Below are positions 18,015 to 25,118 of a stretch of 50,315 bases of DNA, in pieces. The stretch is from an uncultured bacterium (GTDB lineage: Bacteria > Fidelibacterota > Marinisomatia > SCGC-AAA003-L08 > TS1B11): NCBI GenBank assembly GCA_964595095.1, contig CAZQOY010000001.1, positions 1 to 50,315 on the forward strand, read 5' to 3'. The notes beneath the pieces were generated by a model. That model was not told the origin of the DNA. It saw only the letters and a program-made list of their open reading frames with translations, and did no database searches. Both the position numbers and the translations under genes were made by a program. The stretch's first letter is position 1; every line of letters starts with the position of its first letter.

Positions 18015-19745
18015 CTAGGACTCCTCTTCCTTCCCCTCCTGCAGGACCGCGGCTACGTCCGAAGCATCCTCGCTCTCAGGGGCGGCCACTTCTTCTTCCG
18101 GCTGCACTTCTTTCTGCTGGAGCCAGTCATTAATTATACGCGTGGCCGATTCTGGCCGGCCCACACTCATGGAGACCACCGACTGCCGTATGGACTTGAC
18201 TTCCGAGCGTAGTACCTCGGGGTCCTCTTCCACCTGGCTTGGGATGGGCCCTTTAGCTGCGGCTGGACTTACCTCCTCTGCCTCAGGAGTTGCCGCAGCC
18301 TCCTCTTTGGGTGCCGCTTCTTCCACCTCAGGAGCCGGCTTTACCTTCATGGGTTTGGCCTCCTCGGCAGTTTCTACCGGCTTGACTCTCTTTTTAACCT
18401 TCTTCCGCGGTTCGGTGGTGGGGCGTGGTGCCGGCCTGCGGCGCGGATAGGGCGCTGGACCGGGATAGACCATCCTCACGGGCGCTGTCTGGGCACGGCC
18501 GCGGGCGGCAGCTAAAACGATTACAACTATAACCAGAACCACCAGCAGTACTAATCCCACCAGCAGCAGGGCATTGTTTCCCAACACGCTCAGGCCCCGC
18601 GGCGGGGGTTGTTCCTTAGTGAGGGCCGCCTCGATCTGGGCCTGAAGTCGCTCTTTCTCGGTCTCAAAGGCCAGGCGCATGGCGTTCAGCGAATCCTCCA
18701 GGGAAGCGGCCTGGAGCGAGATGATGTCCTGCTCATCGGGAGGTAGCCGACCTGATGTGAGGTCCTTGCGCATCTCGTCGATCTGGGTGAGGAGCGCTTC
18801 CTGAAGCCTGGCGTTCTGATCTTCCCGCTGCTGCTGCAGAAAGATGAGGTCCCTGGCGCGTTCATTCTGCACCTGGGCCAGGTCGGCCAGGGCCTGTTTG
18901 CGTTCCTCCTCGGATCGCTGCAGGTACTCCAGCTCCCGCTCGCGCAGCTCTTTCATGAGCTCTTCGTTGCGGATCTGGACCTCCTTGAGTTTCTCCTGCA
19001 GCGCTTCTGTCTGCTCTATCTGTACCTGTGTAACGGGCAGATCGGCATCGGCCAGATACGAAGAAGGGCGGCGATCCTTGAAGGAGGCGGTAGTAATGGA
19101 GAGCAAATCGCCGCGGTCGCGGTCAAAGCGTGAGGCTACAAGTGCCACCTGGCGTACATTTTCAATAATTTGAGGAGACACGCCATCTTCCAGGATAATA
19201 CTGATGTCCAGGGACTTGATACTGGGCAGACCACCAGTAGTTTCGGTAGTCTCGGTGATCTCTGCCGCGCCGGGAACCAGCTCCGCTTCGATGGCTGCTT
19301 CTTCTTCCGTCAGCAAAGGCTCAGCCTCATCCAGGGTACGAATCGGTTCACCCTCTTCGATCATCTCCACGTCCGGGAAGCCTGGTATCGGGAATGGGTT
19401 GGTTACGGTCTTCCGGGCACGCTCAGCCTCAGTGCTGGGTACGGCGCCCTCCAGCTGGCGGCTTGCAGCCGCAGGGTCACTACCCCTGACCAAGCGCCCG
19501 TCGGGTGTGCGATAAACCTTTTCCACCTGGCGGGCCGAAGTGAATGCCAGATCGACTTTGACATTTACCACAAACCGGGATTCATCCAGAATCTTGGATA
19601 TTGCGTTAGTAACTCTCTGCTGAATCGTGTTTTCCAGCAGGAGCTTCTGGGATAGATAGCCCGACTCCTGGCTCCTGACCAGGGAAGCAATCCCTGCCAA
19701 TAAAACCAACAGCGTTACAGGTAACAATGCTGTGCGTAGACGCAT
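18015..19745 (-). CDS. divergent FliF-like MS-ring protein with inserted coiled coil
   Basis: Two-TM FliF topology. FliF-like islands are LLLENTIQQRVTNAISKILDESRFVVNVKVDL, IKSLDISIILEDG..VALVASRFDRDRGDLLSITTASF and the C-terminal RPESATRIINDWLQQ. A long E/Q/R/L coiled coil lies between the RGD segment and TM2. Confidence 0.55.
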   Translation of the reverse strand: MRLRTALLPVTLLVLLAGIASLVRSQESGYLSQKLLLENTIQQRVTNAISKILDESRFVVNVKVDLAFTSARQVEKVYRTPDGRLVRGSDPAAASRQLEGAVPSTEAERARKTVTNPFPIPGFPDVEMIEEGEPIRTLDEAEPLLTEEEAAIEAELVPGAAEITETTETTGGLPSIKSLDISIILEDGVSPQIIENVRQVALVASRFDRDRGDLLSITTASFKDRRPSSYLADADLPVTQVQIEQTEALQEKLKEVQIRNEELMKELRERELEYLQRSEEERKQALADLAQVQNERARDLIFLQQQREDQNARLQEALLTQIDEMRKDLTSGRLPPDEQDIISLQAASLEDSLNAMRLAFETEKERLQAQIEAALTKEQPPPRGLSVLGNNALLLVGLVLLVVLVIVVIVLAAARGRAQTAPVRMVYPGPAPYPRRRPAPRPTTEPRKKVKKRVKPVETAEEAKPMKVKPAPEVEEAAPKEEAAATPEAEEVSPAAAKGPIPSQVEEDPEVLRSEVKSIRQSVVSMSVGRPESATRIINDWLQQKEVQPEEEVAAPESEDASDVAAVLQEGKEEES

Positions 19746-19763
19746 CAGGGACTCCTGTGTGAG

Positions 19764-20474
19764 TTAGCCGATCGCAAGAAAAGTAATTTCCACCCGACGG
19801 TTTGCCGATCGAAGTTCTTCCGAGCTGTTTTCAGCCCGCACATACTCTTCGGTTATGTCCCCCCCCCGAGATTCAAACCAGCTGGTGCCGGCGGGGATCC
19901 ATTCGGCAAAGCCCACAGCCCGGAGCTTGCCTCCCGGCACGCCTCTTTCAATACAGTACCTGACTACACTGGCTGCCCGCGCAGCCGACAGCTCCCAGTT
20001 GGAGGGATATTTCCCAACCCAGGCCTCGGGAATGGGCAGATTATCCGTATGGCCTTCCACGGCGATGGGAAACCTGTTGCCCTCGTCCATCATGATGGGG
20101 ATAATGCTGTTAAGAAAGGGGTATATCACCGTCTTGAGGTCCGCGCTGCCGGACTCAAAGGCGAAGCGGCTGTCAATGGTAATACTGGTCCCTTTCGGGC
20201 TGTGGGTAACCTCGGCAACGTTCTGCATCTGCGTCTGCTCGATGGCCTCCAGGACCTCATCCCGGATCTCACTCTGGGTCTTCATTTGCCGCCTCTCTCT
20301 GCGCGCCCCCGTCGCACTTTCCTCCATGGCGGCCGCCATGTCGGCCATCTTCACCGGGTCCAGCGTTGACATGGAGAAGAGCAGGACGAAAAAGGTCATC
20401 AGGAGCGTCATCATATCGGCGAAGGTCGCGAAGTACTCGGGCAGGCCTTCGTCTACTCGCTTCTTGATAGCCAT
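19764..20474 (-). CDS. motB: flagellar-stator-type MotB (OmpA-like peptidoglycan-binding C-terminus)
   Basis: The YFATFADMMTLLMTFFVLLFSMS TM carries the conserved Asp. OmpA-like C-terminus: FESGSADL, VEGHTDN, SNWELSAARAASV and NRRVEI. Confidence 0.85.
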   Translation of the reverse strand: MAIKKRVDEGLPEYFATFADMMTLLMTFFVLLFSMSTLDPVKMADMAAAMEESATGARRERRQMKTQSEIRDEVLEAIEQTQMQNVAEVTHSPKGTSITIDSRFAFESGSADLKTVIYPFLNSIIPIMMDEGNRFPIAVEGHTDNLPIPEAWVGKYPSNWELSAARAASVVRYCIERGVPGGKLRAVGFAEWIPAGTSWFESRGGDITEEYVRAENSSEELRSANRRVEITFLAIG

Positions 20475-20483
20475 AGTAGTCTC

Positions 20484-21293
20484 CTAAGCTCCTGCTCCAG
20501 GTTCCATTCTCTTCCACTCGCGCGGTGGAATAAAGGAATTGATTTTCTCGCGCACGATCAGGGGATGCTTTTTCATCTGCAGCAGGCAGACCCCTTCAGT
20601 GATCATGTTCTGCTGGGTGCTCTTGCTGGAGACCTGGGTGAGGAGCTTTTCGGCCATCGGCAGGAAGAACAGGTTGGCCAGCAGCGCCCCGTAGAAGGTA
20701 GTGATCAGGGCGGTGGCCATACCGCTACCTATGGCGCCGGCCATATCCGCGCCGCCGCCCTCAGCGCTCATGCCCTTGAGCATGAATACCAGGCCGATGA
20801 GCGTACCGATAATACCGAAAGCCGGCGAGAACTTGCCCATGGCCTTGAACAGGTTAGCTTCCGTCATTTCCCTTTCCTCGCGGTATTCAACCCGGGTCCC
20901 CAGGATGTCACGAATCTCTTCAACCGAATAACCGTCCACCACCATTTGAAGGCCGTCTTTAAGGAAGGGATTTCGAACCCGGTCAAGGGCGTCTTCCAGG
21001 TCTTTGGGCCCCTTGCGGGCTACGGTACCCATATCAACAATCTCATCCACCAGGGGCCCGAGATCTTCTTTCCCGCCTTTGAAAACCGCACGCAGGATGG
21101 TAAATATGCGCATAACCTCCTTGAGGGGAAATGCGACGGACGTGGCTGCCAGGGTGCCACCAAGGACGATCATGAATGATATCGGCTCCGCAAACACTAT
21201 GAAACTAGTCTCCGACTGTATCGCCTGCATTCCAATGGCGCCGCCTATCAGGCCGACACCAACCAGAACACCGATAATGGTTGCAAAATCCAT
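20484..21293 (-). CDS. motA: flagellar-stator-type MotA/PomA proton-channel protein
   Basis: 269 aa with 2+2 TM and a large cytoplasmic loop. FLKDGLQMVVDGYSVEEIRDIL...FKAMGKFSPAFGIIGTLIGLV..ALITTFYGALLANLFFLPMAEKL closely parallels B. subtilis MotA as I recall it. Confidence 0.85.
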   Translation of the reverse strand: MDFATIIGVLVGVGLIGGAIGMQAIQSETSFIVFAEPISFMIVLGGTLAATSVAFPLKEVMRIFTILRAVFKGGKEDLGPLVDEIVDMGTVARKGPKDLEDALDRVRNPFLKDGLQMVVDGYSVEEIRDILGTRVEYREEREMTEANLFKAMGKFSPAFGIIGTLIGLVFMLKGMSAEGGGADMAGAIGSGMATALITTFYGALLANLFFLPMAEKLLTQVSSKSTQQNMITEGVCLLQMKKHPLIVREKINSFIPPREWKRMEPGAGA

Positions 21294-21302
21294 ATGACCC
21301 CG

Positions 21303-22691
21303 CTACTGTAGTTTAAGAGATGTTGTTTTAATGCGACCCTCTTTCAGTCCCCGGAGAATATTACGAACGTCGTCATATTCCGGGTCGAGTTTCAATGCCA
21401 GGTTCCAGTTAATCGTGGCACGCTGTACATCTCCCAACTTGAAATATATCGAACCCCGGCGGGCATATGCAATGGCTAGATCGGGGTTGAGCTGAATAGC
21501 CATTTCCACTTCCTGAAGCGCATCCCGGAAGTTCCCCTGGTAAAAATGGGTCCAACAGGCGGTAAGGTGGCGCATGGTATAATTCATATTCGATTTCATC
21601 ATCTGAATGCGCAGCTGCATATTGCGCGTCGAGTCAGCCAGGAACACGCCCTGCTGTTCAAGCATAGCCACCTGACTGTGCAGGTTGTCGATCTCGAAGG
21701 TGGCAATGCGCAGTGAGTCGCGCAGGGATGCCAGGAGAAAGTCCGCCGCCTGCAAGGTGGAATCCAGTTGGCTTGCCAGAAGTTCCCCCACATCTTCGGG
21801 TTCAATCCTTGCCCCCATAGCCGCTATCTCACCCTCGGCCCTGCCGACCGCCGGCCTTTTCTCAAGACGGGGCACGGATAGATTCAATCCAATCACAATT
21901 GCCGGCGGGGCGGACACACTGTCCGCCGTGCTGCCGAATTGTGGCAGGCTTTCCGCGTGAACAAGACCGACCTGGAGGCGATAATCGGAAGTAATTGGGA
22001 TTCGCACTCCAATATTTATCCCGTGCCCATCAAATTCTCCCATCACATCCAGGCCGCCTTTGCTGGCGAATATTGGCGTTTTCAACAGAAAACCGGCGTA
22101 GACGCCCAGCGTTAATTGGCCGGAGGGCTCGGACCCGTTACCGTCCGTTTCAAAACCACCGCCGGAGGTATCGGAAGCCGCCGCCGTGGCTCCCGCCAGG
22201 GCACCGGTGCCAAAGCCCATGTAGGAATTCAGCAAATAGCGTCCCACCTTTTGCTCGCTGGAAATAACGCCAAGAAAAGAGAGCAGATCGGAGTCCATTT
22301 CCAGTTTGCCGTTGGACTGGGTAAGCACAATGTCATGCAGACCAAGCGAGAAGCTGATATTCCCGTAGGCCCACAACCGCTGCTGCAGGTGGAAACCGAT
22401 CTCCAGGGTAGTGTCAATAGTTGATATCGACGACATACCCAGACGCAGCCGGGATATCTCCGAGTCGAAATAAATGCCGGTGGCGCTGTTGTATGGGGAG
22501 ACGTCCACTATTTCAGTGACAAAGCCTGCGCTGAACAGGTAGGGCGAGCGGACCACCGAGCTCATGGGAATCCGCATCATGGTTCCCGGCCGACTGTAGG
22601 ACAACCGTGAAATACCCTGAGCCGACTCCCACGTAAGCGTGATGAGAACGGCGAGTAAAATGACTGGCCAGTATCTACGGGTTTCGTACAT
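21303..22691 (-). CDS. secreted beta-rich (outer-membrane-like) + coiled-coil + TPR protein
   Basis: Signal-like N-terminus. About 270 aa with alternating hydrophobic beta-strand-like patterning, then a coiled coil, then C-terminal TPR (YQGNFRDALQEVEMAIQLNPDLAIAYARRGSIYFKLGDVQRATINWNLALKLDPEY). Confidence 0.6.
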   Translation of the reverse strand: MYETRRYWPVILLAVLITLTWESAQGISRLSYSRPGTMMRIPMSSVVRSPYLFSAGFVTEIVDVSPYNSATGIYFDSEISRLRLGMSSISTIDTTLEIGFHLQQRLWAYGNISFSLGLHDIVLTQSNGKLEMDSDLLSFLGVISSEQKVGRYLLNSYMGFGTGALAGATAAASDTSGGGFETDGNGSEPSGQLTLGVYAGFLLKTPIFASKGGLDVMGEFDGHGINIGVRIPITSDYRLQVGLVHAESLPQFGSTADSVSAPPAIVIGLNLSVPRLEKRPAVGRAEGEIAAMGARIEPEDVGELLASQLDSTLQAADFLLASLRDSLRIATFEIDNLHSQVAMLEQQGVFLADSTRNMQLRIQMMKSNMNYTMRHLTACWTHFYQGNFRDALQEVEMAIQLNPDLAIAYARRGSIYFKLGDVQRATINWNLALKLDPEYDDVRNILRGLKEGRIKTTSLKLQ

Positions 22692-22699
22692 TATGTATT

Positions 22700-23566
22700 C
22701 TAAAAGCGGTTTAACTCCTTGATGGTCAGCTCCGCCAAGCGCTGGTATTCGCTGGTCGGATACTTGCTGAGAATGGTCTGGAACTGGGTGCGTGCCTCCC
22801 GGACTCTTCCCTGTCTCAAATAAATCAGCCCCTGCAGAACGACGGCATCATCTCCCAGCTCATGATCAGCAGCCAGTACCTTTTCCAAGGCCAGCAGGGC
22901 CTCATCGAACTGACCTTGGTGAAAATAGGCATCAGCGCGCCAGTAGGCCATGTGGACCAGCTCTTCCGGGCTGAAGGCCGATTTGTCTATAACCTGGCAC
23001 AGCCTGATCAGGTCATCAAGTCGCCCGGCCCGATAGGCCTGAAGCAGGTGGCGAAATCCGGGATTGTCCGGCAGCGGCGACCGGGCCGTCTCTTCAGAAA
23101 AAGGCTCCACCCTAACCGGTGCATTCTCCACTGCCTGAGCGACTTCGCTTTCCTTGCGAACAGACTGGATCTTCCTGATCAAGCTCCGCAAACGCTCGTT
23201 CTCCAGCCGCACAGCTTCCACGTCCTGGTCTAATGAACTCTCTAACGAATTGATCTTCCCACTCAGATCATCCAGGGCTGACCGCAGCTCCCTGGTGGAT
23301 TCAATGTAAGCCGCACCAGGGGGTTCTTTCCCCACCATCAGATCAACACTACCCATCGCAGGCAGAGAGTCCGCCCCGGCGGCAGAGTCCTGGCGGCCGG
23401 GCTCGATGATAATGCCCAGGTCCATAAGGTAGACATCTTCATCCTGCTTGTCCTGGGCAGCCAGGTCACTTCCGGGGCTAAAAAATACACTGATTGCCAG
23501 CATCACCATAAGCCAGCCGGCGGGTGGTGCGGCAAATGCTCCTTTTCTCCAGCGCTTATACCCCAT
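22700..23566 (-). CDS. CpoB/YbgF-like coiled-coil + TPR periplasmic protein
   Basis: The track ORF starts at a TTG at 23671. The ATG at 23566 gives MGYKRWRKGAFAAPPAGWLMVMLAISVFF (signal). It continues with a coiled coil (LSGKINSLESSLDQDVEAVRLENERLRSLIRKIQ), then TPRs ending in ILSKYPTSEYQRLAEL, as in YbgF. Confidence 0.6.
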   Translation of the reverse strand: MGYKRWRKGAFAAPPAGWLMVMLAISVFFSPGSDLAAQDKQDEDVYLMDLGIIIEPGRQDSAAGADSLPAMGSVDLMVGKEPPGAAYIESTRELRSALDDLSGKINSLESSLDQDVEAVRLENERLRSLIRKIQSVRKESEVAQAVENAPVRVEPFSEETARSPLPDNPGFRHLLQAYRAGRLDDLIRLCQVIDKSAFSPEELVHMAYWRADAYFHQGQFDEALLALEKVLAADHELGDDAVVLQGLIYLRQGRVREARTQFQTILSKYPTSEYQRLAELTIKELNRF

Positions 23567-23667
23567 GCAACCTACAATTGCATCCTGCAAAAAGATAGTC
23601 CTATTGCACACCGGAGTAGGGGCGTATAGCAATACGCCCTTACACAAGGACATTACATAAGCAGGAA

Positions 23668-24639
23668 TCAATAGTAGTCTTCCCAGTCAATGGTATAGGA
23701 ATAGCCGATGTAACTGCCAAAGGATCTGGCCACGGGTAACTCGAAGGTTGCAGTAGCACCTGGAAGCAGGGAAGCGTCCGAAGTAACACCCGACTCAAAA
23801 GTGTGGAAGGAACCTTTGACGAACGTAGTCAGGGTCTTGGTATTGCCGCTCCAGTCCTTCCTAAAAACAAAATTCACTTTAACGAAGTCGGCACGCCGGC
23901 CGCCGATATTCTTTACCTCACCCCGGTATTTCAGGTTTCCCGAACGGTCCTTGGATTCGGCGATGGTCCCTACCAGGACCACATTGGGGGCATAGGCGGT
24001 TTTGGCGGCCCTTGTGGCCGGTCCGGTAGGCCTGGTTGCCACAACAGAGGGCTCCACCACCCGGTTGGCCGGTGAGGGGGGTGGCACGGACAGGCTTTCA
24101 GCGGCTCCCAGTGCGGCAGACCCTACCAGCGGCTCTTCGGGGATATTTTCCACGATGCGTACTACGGAAGGACGCTCTATAATAAGGTAACCGATAAGTG
24201 TTTCAACCCTGAGTATTTTCTCGTCCTGATAAACGATTTTCCCGAAGATGGTGCTGCCGTTGTCCAGTATGATCTCTTTACTGTAGATGGTCAGGGGATT
24301 GGCCCACATGGTGCTCTTGGCCTGAAGGTCCCGCAGCTCCGAGGCCAGATGGTTTACATCAGCACCCAGTTTCTTGACCTCAAAGTTGAGCTCATTGAGG
24401 ACATAGCTTTCGGTGGAACCGGGAGCAGCTGGCTGCTCCTCTCCGGTCGGAACACCAGGGGGCGCCATCTCTCCAGGTGGTACCTCGGCGGCCCGCGCAG
24501 AATCGCCTTCCGCCACTAGTTCGGTCTCTTTGGCGGCCTGTTCTTCAGCAGCTTCCTTCCTGGCGCGGCGCCCAGCGCAACCATCCAGGACAGCTAACGC
24601 CATGACCAGGATCAGCAGCTTTAAGTAGATGTTTTTCAT
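23668..24639 (-). CDS. lipoprotein (Pro-rich linker, coiled coil, C-terminal beta domain)
   Basis: MKNIYLKLLILVMALAVLDGC lipobox. No family recognised. First gene of the seven-gene operon. Confidence 0.6.
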   Translation of the reverse strand: MKNIYLKLLILVMALAVLDGCAGRRARKEAAEEQAAKETELVAEGDSARAAEVPPGEMAPPGVPTGEEQPAAPGSTESYVLNELNFEVKKLGADVNHLASELRDLQAKSTMWANPLTIYSKEIILDNGSTIFGKIVYQDEKILRVETLIGYLIIERPSVVRIVENIPEEPLVGSAALGAAESLSVPPPSPANRVVEPSVVATRPTGPATRAAKTAYAPNVVLVGTIAESKDRSGNLKYRGEVKNIGGRRADFVKVNFVFRKDWSGNTKTLTTFVKGSFHTFESGVTSDASLLPGATATFELPVARSFGSYIGYSYTIDWEDYY

Positions 24640-24665
24640 ATTATGCGCCTAATATATTACCTCGG

Positions 24666-24695
24666 ATTATACTGCAAGCAAAGCAACTTTCCCAA
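24666..24695 (-). promoter_or_regulatory. candidate sigma70-like promoter of the 24639->17096 operon
   Basis: On the minus strand TTGGGA (24695-24690), 18 nt, then TATAAT (24671-24666), which lies 26 nt upstream of the lipoprotein ATG. Confidence 0.35.
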
Positions 24696-25118
24696 TTGTT
24701 TAAAAAATGTAGTTGTCGTCTCATCGAATGTCAAGGTTTTTCAGCAGATTTTCCACTTTTCTTGAAGTAATACTTTCAGCGTATTCTACCCCCAAAACCG
24801 GGAATATTCCGCCCCGCAGAACCCCAGGAGGTATTAAAAAAGGAAACCCGCGTTTGTCCGCTGTTCATCCCGCTTTGCTCCTGATGTGATCTGGAGCACA
24901 AATCGTGCCAGGGGCAGGGTGAGAATACTTCTCCCTCGGCAAAAGCGGGTTTTGTGCAGCTCATGACAGCTAATAGGTTTACGACGATGGGAGGAATTGC
25001 CCGCAGGAGTGGCCATCTGGTCGGTCGATCAAGACACGGCCTGCCTGACGCCAGAAGTCAGAAGCCCTACCGCGAGGGGGAGGGCTTCCTGCGCTTCCTT
25101 CAAGATCAGATCTGGAGA

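Noticed and set aside
20967-20982. A tRNA T-arm-like sequence (rc GGGTTCGAAATCCC).
   Set aside because: It lies inside the well-supported motA CDS, and no acceptor, D or anticodon arms can be drawn around it.
19764-21293. MotAB pair as a Zorya (ZorAB) defence system or a Tol-Pal/ExbBD system.
   Set aside because: MotA here is 269 aa of the flagellar stator type, without the long ZorA C-terminal tail, and no ZorC/D-like genes are present. No TolA, TolB or TonB-like partner is present either. The pair is instead translationally linked to FliF-like and FliG-like genes.
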